A stretch of 64,000 nucleotides of DNA from contig CAVVUS010000019.1 in assembly GCA_963751345.1 (NCBI GenBank), positions 1 through 64,000 on the forward strand, read 5' to 3'. This document shows, piece by piece, positions 11,375 to 20,880 of this stretch (its first letter is position 1; the number at the start of each line of letters is the position of its first letter). The notes beneath the pieces are model-generated. The model worked only from the letters and a program-made list of their open reading frames with translations, had not been told where the DNA came from and ran no database searches. This stretch comes from an uncultured Chloroflexia bacterium. GTDB lineage: Bacteria > Chloroflexota > Anaerolineae > B4-G1 > SLSP01. Both the position numbers and the translations under genes were made by a program.

Positions 11375-11869
11375 CTATTCCTTCGGCGCGTAGTTCCCCC
11401 CGATAGGGATCTCGGTGTCCACGAAGTAGTTGTCGTCGATGATGGAGGGTTTGGAGACCTCCAGGAGCAGCGCCGGACCCTTCCCTGTGAAGCTATGGAC
11501 CGATCCGGGCGCGACCGGCAGGACGTCGCCGGGGCCCATCTCGAAGACACGGTCGCCGAAGTGCATCGTCACCGTGCCTTTGACGATGAAGAAGGTCTCG
11601 TGCTTGTCGTGATGGCTATGAGCAGGGCAGGTCTGCCCATCGAAGACAAAGAGGTACTTGCCGCAGTACCCCGCGTCTACGTCGTTCGCGATCCAGTATT
11701 CGATCAGGCCGACCTCGCCGAAGCGCCCAAGGCCGAAGTCGAGCACCAGCGGTGCTACCGGCGGCATCTTCATCTCCCAGGCCGCCAGTTGGGCGCGGCA
11801 GGCCTTCAGGATGGGCGCCTGCTGCGCCTCCGCGATGCTGATCGATAGGCCCTTGTCCAGTTCGTCCAT
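11375..11869 (-). CDS. D-lyxose/D-mannose isomerase family cupin
   Basis: YCGKYLFVFDGQTCPAHSH..KHETF and H-x-F...EVS...DNYF match the cupin D-lyxose ketol-isomerase pattern. Confidence 0.85.
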   Translation of the reverse strand: MDELDKGLSISIAEAQQAPILKACRAQLAAWEMKMPPVAPLVLDFGLGRFGEVGLIEYWIANDVDAGYCGKYLFVFDGQTCPAHSHHDKHETFFIVKGTVTMHFGDRVFEMGPGDVLPVAPGSVHSFTGKGPALLLEVSKPSIIDDNYFVDTEIPIGGNYAPKE

Positions 11870-11889
11870 ATGTCCTCTCCCTTCTGTGC

Positions 11890-11919
11890 CCTTCGCAAGG
11901 TTTCCGCACCTTGCGAAGG
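11890..11919. repeat. CCTTCGCAAGG/CCTTGCGAAGG palindromic repeat family member
   Basis: CCTTCGCAAGGT-TTCCGC-ACCTTGCGAAGG, a 12-bp inverted repeat. Confidence 0.75.
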
Positions 11920-11963
11920 ATGGTGCTGCTCGGGGCGGCTGACGGCGGCTGGTCGGTGAAGCT

Positions 11964-12058
11964 GGTTCGTGGTAGCCGATTCATCGGTGATGCCGCCGCC
12001 CAGTCTGCCGGGCGCGCCTACTGAGGCAGCGGAACGACTGAAGTCGTTACTACGAACC
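11964..12058. repeat. REP doublet with a GTAG-type foot
   Basis: Left GGTTCGTGGTAGCCGATTCATCGG; right arm reads GGTTCGTAGTAACGACTTCAGTCGTT on the minus strand. Confidence 0.7.
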
Positions 12059-12063
12059 CCAGA

Positions 12064-14148
12064 TTACAGCCGCTCCGGGTCGTTCTTGTGAACGTCCACC
12101 ACGGGCGCGACCGGGTCGAGCTCCGGCAGCCGCGCCTTGGCCTTCCGCGCGCCCTCGACCATGGGGTCGTAGACGTCGCCGAGGCCGAGGTCCTCCAGCT
12201 TCTCGCGTGTGGGCCAGCCCGTGGCGACGTCCCAGCCGCGGAGGCGCAGGTACTCGTCCATCACGGGATCGAACTGCGCGCGGTCGAGCGCCATCCGCTC
12301 GTTGGTCTCCGGGTTGAGCCAGTTCTCGTCGTACTCGAAGGCGGGCAGGGCGCGCTCGTCCATCTTGCGGTCACGCCCAAAGTGGCGAATGGTGATGGCA
12401 CGCTCCAGGTTCAGCACGCGCTCGGCGGCCTTCGAGAACTCGGCGGCGTCCCAGTCAACGCCGGTGCCTGCGGCAAAGAGGTGCGCCTCGGTCTCCGGGC
12501 CGTCGATGTCACCCACCTTGAGGAAGTGGTCCTCGGTATCGGTGCTGTAGATGAGTGGGAAGACTTGGTCGTCGGTCGAGAGGCAGTCCTTGATCACCGA
12601 GCGCAGCCCGTGCCAGGCCGCGGGGATCGCCTTGCCCTCGTAGCCGCTCAGCGGATCCAGCGTATCGGCACGCCCGTAGACGCGTTCGCCGATCGCGCGC
12701 ATATGGTCCCAGGTGATCGGGTTGTCGCCCCGGCCCGCGAAGCCCCAGGGCCCACGGTGCATCACGCTCTGGATGTACCCGTGGGTGCTGCTGGCGGGGT
12801 CGCGGGTGTCCATCGCCCAGTGGATCGCGCTGACGATCCAGAAGGGGTAGACGATGTAGTTGGTGAAGCAGGCGTGTCCGTCCCAGTGTCCGGCATAGCC
12901 CCAGGCATTGTAGTAGCGGCGCATGATCTCGACGCCGAGGTCGAGCTGGGTGGCTGCGCGCCAGCCCCCTTCGGCGAGCGCGTCGCCGATGCCCCGGCGA
13001 TCGGCGATCGCATCCAGCAGGGCGACCCAGAAGTCGGGCGAGTTCCAGTCCATCGGCTGACCGTCGAGCTCGGAGATCAGGCCCTGGGCCTGACTCGCGC
13101 GAAGCCAGGGCGCCATCCCCACGAGGATGTCCCAGTGGTTCAGCCCGAGCCGGTTGCTGTGCATGTTGAGCTCGAATCCCCCATCCACGCCCACGTCCCA
13201 TCCGTAGACCCCGCTGCGCCCGCCGCCAAAGAGCCCGCTCACGCACCCGATCACGCCGGACCATTTCTGGTTGAAGTGGCGGCCCTGCATGTCGCGGATC
13301 TCAACGCGACAGGGGGTCACACAGTACTGGGTGCAGGGGACCATGCGCGCATGACCGCCACCGCGGGCCGCCAGTTGTTGGTTGGTCCTTTCCAGGTACC
13401 GGCGCATGTCGCGCATAGTCGCCACGGCCTTGATCACGTCACCGAAGATGGTCTTGAGGCGGTCGGGGTGGGCCACCGGCACGTCGTCGGTGCCAATGAC
13501 CGTGATCGCCTTGAGCTTCTTGCTGCCCATCACGGCGCCAAAGCCGCCCTGCCCGGCCACCGACGTGCTGCCGGTGTGGATCGTCGCGATGCGGGAGAGG
13601 TTCTCGCCCGCGACGCCAATCGTCAGGGTCTTGGCGCCCTTGCCGTCCTCGGCCTCGATCATCTCCTGGACGACGAGCGCATCCCGGCCCCACAGGTCAT
13701 CGGCAGGGAGCAGGCTGACCCGGTCGCCGTGGATCAGCAGCCGCACCGGCGTGTCGCCGGCGCCGGTGATAACCACCGCGTCATAGCCGGCGCGCTTCAG
13801 CTCGTGGCCCCAGCTTGCGCCGATGTTGGCGCGGGTGAACCAGGTGTAGGGCGAGCCCTGCGGGCCGAAGGTGCAGATGGAGGTGCGCCCGGAGTAGGGC
13901 GATCGCGTGCCGGTCAATGCGCCCGGCACGAGCATCAGCGGGTTCCGGGGATCGAAGCAGTCGACGGGTTCGGGATACTCATCCCATAGGATCTTGGCAG
14001 CGATGCCGCGGGCCCCGATATAGTCGGGGATCGCGGGTTGGGCCGGTTCGGCCCAGATACGGCCATCCGACAGATCGACGCGCAACACGCGGTTGCGCCA
14101 CGCGGAGGTGGGTGCAAAGCGCTGCAGGGTGACGGTCTTGCTGATCAC
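12064..14148 (-). CDS. Aldehyde:ferredoxin oxidoreductase family (W/Mo-bis-pterin, YdhV-like)
   Basis: Intact 694-aa ORF with LRVDLS, IGARG, LKRAGYDA, IGVAGEN, GAVMGSKKLKA, LAEG and RGWD..TGWPTREKL. Confidence 0.9.
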   Translation of the reverse strand: MISKTVTLQRFAPTSAWRNRVLRVDLSDGRIWAEPAQPAIPDYIGARGIAAKILWDEYPEPVDCFDPRNPLMLVPGALTGTRSPYSGRTSICTFGPQGSPYTWFTRANIGASWGHELKRAGYDAVVITGAGDTPVRLLIHGDRVSLLPADDLWGRDALVVQEMIEAEDGKGAKTLTIGVAGENLSRIATIHTGSTSVAGQGGFGAVMGSKKLKAITVIGTDDVPVAHPDRLKTIFGDVIKAVATMRDMRRYLERTNQQLAARGGGHARMVPCTQYCVTPCRVEIRDMQGRHFNQKWSGVIGCVSGLFGGGRSGVYGWDVGVDGGFELNMHSNRLGLNHWDILVGMAPWLRASQAQGLISELDGQPMDWNSPDFWVALLDAIADRRGIGDALAEGGWRAATQLDLGVEIMRRYYNAWGYAGHWDGHACFTNYIVYPFWIVSAIHWAMDTRDPASSTHGYIQSVMHRGPWGFAGRGDNPITWDHMRAIGERVYGRADTLDPLSGYEGKAIPAAWHGLRSVIKDCLSTDDQVFPLIYSTDTEDHFLKVGDIDGPETEAHLFAAGTGVDWDAAEFSKAAERVLNLERAITIRHFGRDRKMDERALPAFEYDENWLNPETNERMALDRAQFDPVMDEYLRLRGWDVATGWPTREKLEDLGLGDVYDPMVEGARKAKARLPELDPVAPVVDVHKNDPERL

Positions 14149-14183
14149 GACGTGGGTTCTCCTTGGGTTGCACGTGAGCGGAA

Positions 14184-14216
14184 ACCTTGCGAAGGTTTCC
14201 GAAACCTTCGCAAGGT
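14184..14216. repeat. Perfect 15-bp inverted repeat with self-palindromic arms
   Basis: ACCTTGCGAAGGTTT-CCG-AAACCTTCGCAAGGT. Confidence 0.85.
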
Positions 14217-14226
14217 GGGTTTGAGC

Positions 14227-14781
14227 CTACTCCCGCATGCTCTGTTCCATATAGTACTCGGGCTCGGCCGGGAAGTCTGCCACGCGAGGACGCATCTGCT
14301 CGCGGACGATGTGGAACCCCATCTTCTGATAGAGCGCGACGGCGCGGGGATTGGCGATCTGCACCGTCAGGCTCATGATGCCTGGGCCGATCTCGCGCCC
14401 GATCTCGAGCAGCCGCGCCATCAGCGCGCGGCCCAGGCCCGCGCCGCGATAGGCCGCCCGCACGCAGATGCCGAAGACGCTCTCACGGCTATCGTCATCC
14501 TTCCACTGGTACCAGTTGTATCCCACGATCCGGCCGGTATCCTCATCCTCTGCGACCACGCAGACAAAGGTGGGAGAGGAGGCCCACCTGGTCCGCCAGG
14601 CAGCATCTTGCCGGGTGAGCCGCGGCGGGCAGTAGAAGCGCCAGGTGGCGCGGTCCATCGAGTCGTAGAAGTCGCCCAGGGCCTCGGCATCGTCGAGCGA
14701 CAGAAGACGCAGGACGACCTCGCGGCCATCCTTGAGCGGTGCGGTCAAGGGTGCGTAACGGGGCTGATCCTCAGGACGCAT
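14227..14781 (-). CDS. GNAT family N-acetyltransferase
   Basis: YRGAGLGRALM acetyl-CoA motif and NPRAVALYQKMGF. Confidence 0.9.
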   Translation of the reverse strand: MRPEDQPRYAPLTAPLKDGREVVLRLLSLDDAEALGDFYDSMDRATWRFYCPPRLTRQDAAWRTRWASSPTFVCVVAEDEDTGRIVGYNWYQWKDDDSRESVFGICVRAAYRGAGLGRALMARLLEIGREIGPGIMSLTVQIANPRAVALYQKMGFHIVREQMRPRVADFPAEPEYYMEQSMRE

Positions 14782-14793
14782 GTCGGTCTCCTA

Positions 14794-16544
14794 TCATGTG
14801 GGCTCCAGGTCCCGGCCGGGTTTGATGATGCGATAGAGCGCCTTCCTGGAAGGAGGGGTGACGGCGAGAAGGCCGTCCTCGGCGTGGTAGTGCTCGGCGA
14901 GTTCGTCGAAACAGCGCTCCAGCAGCTCGGTCGACCGGCCGCCGCTGCGCTGCATCTCGGCATCGATGGCCGCCCGGAGCCATAGCAGGCGCCAGCGCCA
15001 CGTCTGCCGGACGCGAGGGGGAAGGGCTCGCTCGACCTGCGCCACCACGGCCGCGACGAGGAGCGCGTTGGGCCGGTCCACCCAGCGATAGAGTGGCTTC
15101 GCCAGGAGGTCGTCGGGCGAGCGCACATCGTCGGCCTTGATCTGCTTGCGCACGTCGTCGTGGAGGCCGGTGATCGAGCCCGGCCTCCATCAGCCGCACG
15201 ACGTCGACCACGTCGCCGGCGACCTCGGGAGAGAAGGCGTAGGCGGCGTACTCTCTGACGATGTCGTCGGCACGCACGATCCGGATCCCAGCCAAGCTGG
15301 AGTGTCAGCACCTTGTTGAGATCCTCGAAGATGCCCTCGGAGTAGGGGAATCCGCCCGCCAGCAGTGCACCGTGCCGGCGCTCGTAGGCCTCCCAGGTCG
15401 ACGGCCTCGGGTTCACGCCGTAGCCGCCCCAGGGGAAGTTGCCCTCCATGCTGATCTCGGGGAAGCTCACCACGGGCAGGCTGCCCGGCACCCCGTGTTG
15501 ACGCAAGTAAGGCGGGAACTCGCCGCCATAGTCACCCGCGAGCAGCAGGTCCACCCAGGGCGGGGCGCCGTCCGCGAACGCGCGCGACAGCCCCTCCCAT
15601 TCTCCGGTCGTGAAGTGGTCGAAGTACCACGTCGAGAGCACCACCTGGGCCTCGGGGATCACCTCGCGGACCAGGCCTGCCACCGGCTCGGCGGTCCTCA
15701 GGAAGCCGTTGGCGCCCCAGGGAGCGCAACGGCTGCAGGTGCAGCCGCCCTGATCGTAGGGCCAGATCCATGCGTAGGCGATGTCGAGGTCGGCAAAGGC
15801 CTCCAACATCTCGCGCCGGGTCTCCAGGATCACGTCCAGGCCGCCGGGCTTGCTTGGGCAGATCTCGCGGTGATAGTGCCCGCCGGGCGGGCTGGTGTAG
15901 CCATCGTGTCCGGCGGTCCAATCGGCACGCAGCGCCTCCGGGCTGTTCGCGTAGCCCTCGTTGGCGAGCATCGTCAGCCCGCCGCGGATGCCGACGGCGC
16001 CGGCCGCCTGGAGGATGCGGCGCAACCGGTCGATCATGCGCTGTGCTGCGGGGTCCTCGATACCGGCGTATTGGTGCATATCGAACCAGACGCTCAGCGC
16101 GTTGCACCCCCAGAGTGCCAGCTCCTCGACGTAGCGCTCGATCTCAGCGACCGGTGCGGCCTCGTAGAAGTTGCCGAAGTGCGTCGCGAAGTACATCCCG
16201 CGAATGGGCTTGGCCGGTGCGGAAGTACCCCGCCAGTCCCCGAGCTCGATCGTGCCGTCGCCGAAGCGGGATGACCGCAGGAGCTTCCCGAGCCCGTAGA
16301 GCAGCCCGCGTGGGTCGCCGCCTACGACCTCGACGGTGCCGGCGCCGGTCGAGGTGATGCGATAGCTTTCCGGGGCCAAGCCCGGCACCACGGCGACTCG
16401 GACCTGGGCTTCGCCGTCCGCCGGCTCGCCGACGCGCGGCGTGATCCCCGTGCGAGCCTCGACCTCGCGGCCGAAGAGCGCGAGGGCTTTGCCGACCAGG
16501 TCGGACGACTCACCGGTGATGCTGAGACGAATGGATTGGGCCAC
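14794..16544 (-). CDS. Uncharacterised glycoside-hydrolase-like protein with a GH20/GH67-type N-terminal zincin-like domain; frameshifted
   Basis: PESYRI...GGDPRGLLYGLGKLL, RGMYFATHF, WPYDQGGCTC and PYSEGIFED. Confidence 0.6.
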
Positions 16545-16700
16545 TCGCCGTTCTCCTTTGCGGTTGGGGGAAGCCCTCGGGGATGTAATATCGGTATGAT
16601 CTTGTCGTGGGCAAGTGTACCGCCATCACCTGGCGTGTAAAGAGGAAGCGCAGGGCGTACACATCTGACGTGGTATGCCGTAGAAAGGCGGCGCATCAGA

Positions 16701-16725
16701 AGACGGGGCGCCGCCCCGTCTCTAC
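16701..16725 (-). repeat. Single GTAG-footed REP
   Basis: Minus strand reads GTAG-AGACGGGGC-GGC-GCCCCGTCT. Confidence 0.65.
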
Positions 16726-16893
16726 CGGAGAAGAGGTCATCGCCGAGGTGGCGTGCAGTGCGCAGCGCCTACTGTAGCCAGAGAGGCGTACGCCCTGGGG
16801 GTGCTGCGGTCCAGGTGAAGCATTTTGCCGCAGGAGCGACAAGCCGGCCACGTGCGTGGCCGGCTTGGGTTCCGACTTGCTGCCGGCAGGGGG

Positions 16894-18022
16894 CTAGGCG
16901 TCCTCTGCCCCTTCTGCTTCCTCCGCCTCCTCCGCCTCCGGCTTGGCGGCGGGAAGGGCGTCCGGCTCGACTTCCGGCACCTCCATGGCGGTGAGCTCAC
17001 GATAGGTGAGGGTCCACGTGGTCGACTGGAAGACCTGGCGGAGCCCGCCGACGAACGTGAGGGGTACGATCATCACCACCAGGAAGGCCAGGATGGCCAA
17101 CACGGCTGCGACAATCCACGCGGCGGCGACCGGGGCGAACAGCCCCACGATCCCGCGCACCACGAACAGGACTGCGCCGCCTGCGAGGCCTCCGGCGATC
17201 AGCACCACGACGACGATCGGGATGATCACGACGAAGAAGGCGATGTTGACGCCGAGCATGATCAGCCACATCAGGCCGACATCCTTAAGGTGCGCGCGGA
17301 CCACGTCGTAGCCGCGCCGGATGGACATCAAAGACCCCCAAGTCCTCCAGGGCACATGCCCGCCGTGCAAAGCGCAGGAGCAGCTTGACCGCGATCGCCA
17401 CGACGATCAGGATGAGGATCCCCAGAAAGATCAGGCCGATCGACACCACGGTGGCGAAGATCCCGACGACCGCGTTGCGAGAGGCCCAGAACAGCAGTGG
17501 CGCGAACGCCAACAGGAAGATCAGGGTGAAGGCGACGATGAGGGGTAGGACGACGACCAGATCGATCAGGAAGATCCTCCAGGCGGAGCGTGACCAGCCA
17601 AGGCGGAAGCCCTGTCCCACGGTAACGCGCTCCCCCGTCTCCTCGAGCTTGTCGACCATCCGCATCAGCGCCACCCGGGAGACCAGCCGGGCGATCACGC
17701 CGATGACGACGAGCAGAAGAATCAGGCACGAGAGAGCGATCGCTCCTGCGATGGCCCACTGGGCGAGGCGGGTTGTGCCGACGGAGCTGAAGAACCGGCC
17801 CGCTGCACTTATCAGGTTCTGGATCTCGCCTTGGACGTCCTGCGGCAGGTTGCCGAAAGGCGTGCCCTGCGCGCTGCCGCCGTTCCCGCTGAAGCGCAGG
17901 CCGCTGTTGCCGCCACCGTTGCCGCTCGATGTGGTGAGAGCGAGGATGATCCCAAAGATCCATAGGGCCTTGTAACTCCACAGAATCTGCCACGCACGTT
18001 TCAATACCTTCATATGATCCAT
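16894..18022 (-). CDS. Multi-pass membrane protein downstream of the ECF sigma/anti-sigma pair; frameshifted near 17320
   Basis: MDHMKVLKRAWQILW..LWIFG, Gly/Asn-rich loop, several TM helices, C-terminal WTLTYREL. Confidence 0.75.
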
Positions 18023-18169
18023 TGATTCACGACTCCTTTTGTACCTACGTTCTGCGGCCTGCGTTGGCCCGCACGATGTAACGCGTAACTAGTGACGATT
18101 GACCAGAAACGACTCCAAAGGCAGCTCCGACTCCCTACTCCCTGCTTCATACTCCATACTACGTGCTCC

Positions 18170-18814
18170 TTACTCCGACTGTTCTGCCAATTGACCGCTG
18201 AAGCCCGATCGTTGCCTCGCCTGCCGCAGCGCGAGCCAGCTCCAGAGGGCCAAGCCGACGAACACCGTGAACAAGAAGCTTGCGAAGCTGAAGCCGGTAA
18301 TAAGGCGCTGCGCACCCAGGATGCCGAGCACCGGTTCGCCGATGGCGTTGAGGCCAAGGCCGGATAACGCCCCGAGGATGTCCGATGCGATGCCGGACTG
18401 CGGCGCCGCAGGCACCAAAGACGCGAGCGGTACCTTCCCCACGCCCAGCGCACTCAGCACCAGCAGCCCGATCGTCAGGACCGACGCTGCCTGGAAGAAG
18501 AGATAGACTGCGACGAGCACGACGGGCGCCGCCCGCCACCCGATGGCGATGGTGCGCTGCACCGGTGAGGGCCTGGGCCGCCGCACGAGCCGCAGCCCCA
18601 CCTGCGCCGCGAACCGGTCGTCGGAGGCCCGCGTCGGGGCGGGAGGGGCCTCCTGCAGCAGTGACGACAGCGCCTCGATTGCACGCAGCTCTGCACGGCA
18701 GGAGGCACACCCCTCAAGGTGCGCCGCGGCCCGCGCGCTGTCGCGCGCGCTCAACTCGCCGTCGTGGTAGGCCTGCAGCCAGCCGCTCGTGGTGATCCTG
18801 TCGTGATCCATCAT
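18170..18814 (-). CDS. zf-HC2 anti-sigma factor, membrane anchored
   Basis: YHDGEL...HLEGCASC (HxxxCxxC), two TM segments; overlaps the sigma factor stop codon. Confidence 0.9.
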   Translation of the reverse strand: MMDHDRITTSGWLQAYHDGELSARDSARAAAHLEGCASCRAELRAIEALSSLLQEAPPAPTRASDDRFAAQVGLRLVRRPRPSPVQRTIAIGWRAAPVVLVAVYLFFQAASVLTIGLLVLSALGVGKVPLASLVPAAPQSGIASDILGALSGLGLNAIGEPVLGILGAQRLITGFSFASFLFTVFVGLALWSWLALRQARQRSGFSGQLAEQSE

Positions 18815-19392
18815 GTTGCCTCCACTAAGCTCGCCAGGCGGTCGCGCAGCTGACGCCGCGCGTAGGCCAGGCGTGACATCACGGTCCCAATCGGGATCTC
18901 CAGAGTCTCGGCGATATCCCGGTATGATAGTCCCTCGTACTCCCTGAGGATCAGCGCGCTGCGGCTGGCCTCCGGCAGCGCCAGGACGGCCTGTCGAACC
19001 ACCTCGACACGCTCGGCCAGCTCGGCTCGCCGCTCGGGGCCCCGCCGGTCATCGGGCAGGGCTAAGTCGTCGATGTTGACGGTTGGCCTGCGACGCCGGA
19101 GCTCGCTCACCGCGCAGTTCGTCGCGATGCGGTAGAGCCAGTTGCGGAAGCTCGCGCCGGGCGAGTCCGACCGCGGTCGAAAGCTGTTAAGGTGCTCCCA
19201 CGCCCGGACGAACGTGTCCTGTGCGGCGTCCTCTGCCAGGGCTGCGTCCCCACACATCCGGTAGACGACGTTCACGACCCCCGGGCGATACGTCCTAACC
19301 AGGTTGCCAAACGCCAGACGGTCCCCGGCTTGCGCCTGGGTGATCGCCTCGTCTTCGCGTAGGGATGATGTCTCCGACGTACTCAGGACCAT
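18811..19392 (-). CDS. ECF-subfamily RNA polymerase sigma-70 factor
   Basis: AEDAAQDTFVRAW, FRNWLYRIATN, GLSYRDIAETLEIPIGTVMSRL. Confidence 0.95.
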   Translation of the reverse strand: MVLSTSETSSLREDEAITQAQAGDRLAFGNLVRTYRPGVVNVVYRMCGDAALAEDAAQDTFVRAWEHLNSFRPRSDSPGASFRNWLYRIATNCAVSELRRRRPTVNIDDLALPDDRRGPERRAELAERVEVVRQAVLALPEASRSALILREYEGLSYRDIAETLEIPIGTVMSRLAYARRQLRDRLASLVEAT

Positions 19393-19422
19393 GTGCCTTT
19401 CGGTTCGGTGTGCTTCTACCTA

Positions 19423-19451
19423 TACAACGAGGAAGGGTGCAGGTTTATTCG
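19423..19451 (-). promoter_or_regulatory. Candidate autoregulatory ECF promoter
   Basis: Minus strand CGAAT-N18-GTTG about 30 nt upstream of the sigma start; resembles the GGAAT-N18-GTT SigR/SigH-type consensus. Confidence 0.4.
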
Positions 19452-19463
19452 GTGGAATGTGTT

Positions 19464-19521
19464 CCAATCTTCGCAAGCATCCCCCGGCGGGCCGGAGGTT
19501 GGGCATGCTTGCGAAGATTGG
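19464..19521. repeat. CTTCGCAAG-family inverted repeat
   Basis: CCAATCTTCGCAAGCAT ... ATGCTTGCGAAGATTGG, 17-bp perfect arms. Confidence 0.75.
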
Positions 19522-19553
19522 CTGCGTGAGCCCTGCGAGGGCTTGCAGATGTC

Positions 19554-20126
19554 CTACGGTACGCGGGGCTTAGCGAGGATCTCGCGGATCTCCAGGTCGT
19601 GGAAGGTGCGGGGATAGGCGGGCTTGCAGACGATGGCGGTGTCCGCACCGCTGCTCGTCCCCGCTACGCCGATGACCTCGCTCGTGATGTCGAGATACCC
19701 CGCGTCGGCCGCCATCAGGATGCACTCGACGGCGACCTTCATGCCCTGAGAGAAGCGGTAGAGCGTCTCGCGGACGATCTCCTCCGGGACGCGCCCGCCG
19801 CTCTTCTCGGTGAATGCCGAGCCGACGCCATCGCCCAGGGCGTGGATGCCGGTGTGGACGAGGACGCCGATCTCGACGAGATTGGCCTTCTCCGACGGCG
19901 TCATCGGCCAACCCAAGCTCGCGAAGCCGTGGCACAGCGTGACGGCGATGACCTGGATGCCCAGCGGCGCCAGAAGCGCGTGTGCTTTCTGGGCCGTTTT
20001 GCCGTGCGACGAGGCGACGACGACTTGCTGGATGCCGAGCTGCACGGCCCGGTCCTTCACGATCGCCAGCGTAGCGTCGGTGTTGCCTTCGCCGGCCTGC
20101 TCGAACAGAAGCGTACGTAGTTCCAT
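19554..20126 (-). CDS. Pyruvate kinase C-terminal alpha/beta domain-like protein (MTH1675/COG1751 type)
   Basis: GEGNTDATL, VVVASSHGKTA, FSQGMKVAVECILMAADAG, GADTA, EIREILAKP; AGGAGG RBS. Confidence 0.85.
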   Translation of the reverse strand: MELRTLLFEQAGEGNTDATLAIVKDRAVQLGIQQVVVASSHGKTAQKAHALLAPLGIQVIAVTLCHGFASLGWPMTPSEKANLVEIGVLVHTGIHALGDGVGSAFTEKSGGRVPEEIVRETLYRFSQGMKVAVECILMAADAGYLDITSEVIGVAGTSSGADTAIVCKPAYPRTFHDLEIREILAKPRVP

Positions 20127-20342
20127 TGGGGCCTCCTGACGAAGTATTCGGTGACGGTTGCTCATTGTCAGTCAACAACCTATGCCTTACTCTAGGCCGA
20201 ACGTGGCCGCACGCAAGTGGGCGGGCGCCAGGGGCCGGGAGAGAACCGGAATACAGTGGCGCCCATGCGCCCAAGGATTGACATCCACCCGGCGCGCGAT
20301 ATCGTATCAAGCCGTGATGCCAACTTCCGGAGAGAGGTGTCG

Positions 20343-20810
20343 ATGACGAAGGATGAGCAGACAGAGGCATGGCGTGCGTTGGCCGCCCGCGCCAGAGCGT
20401 ATATGGACGAGGGCTACCATTGTTCTGAGTCGGTCCTGATGGCTGTGGGACCCTATGTCACGGCAGATTGGTGCCCGGCGTGCGCCCGCCTGGCGACGCC
20501 ATTTGGTGGCGGGGTGGGGGGCACCCGCGACGACATCTGCGGCGCGGTCACTGGCGGCGTGATGGCCATCGGGTCGGGCTTCGGGCGGACTGCAGTGGTC
20601 GACGACGCGAAGGCGTACGGCCTGGCTGCCGCCTTTCGCAGACGCTTCCTGGAGGCGTTCGGCACGACGCGGTGCGGCACGATCCGCGAGACGGTCATTG
20701 ACGTCGAGGGTGGGCCGGGCACCTGCGCGCCGTTGGTCGAGCGAACGGTGACGCTGCTTCTGGATGTGCTGGCGGAGGAGGGGGGACTAGGCGTAAGAAG
20801 CAGGGAGTGA
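20343..20810 (+). CDS. C-GCAxxG-C-C family putative redox-active protein
   Basis: GYHCSESVL, FGGGVG, ICGAVTGG, TTRC, TC; TTGACA-N16-TATCGT upstream at 20278-20305. Confidence 0.85.
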   Translation: MTKDEQTEAWRALAARARAYMDEGYHCSESVLMAVGPYVTADWCPACARLATPFGGGVGGTRDDICGAVTGGVMAIGSGFGRTAVVDDAKAYGLAAAFRRRFLEAFGTTRCGTIRETVIDVEGGPGTCAPLVERTVTLLLDVLAEEGGLGVRSRE

Positions 20811-20880
20811 GGCGTGGGGAACGGCGACGCATTGTGAAGACGGTCGCCCTCACTCCCTGCCGGTTGGCAAGCGCTTGTCT

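Noticed and set aside
12088-13989. 633-aa plus-strand ORF and similar long antisense ORFs (4164-5270, 41370-42818, 51930-53672)
   Set aside because: Shadow ORFs opposite well-supported genes in high-GC DNA, with no domain motifs.
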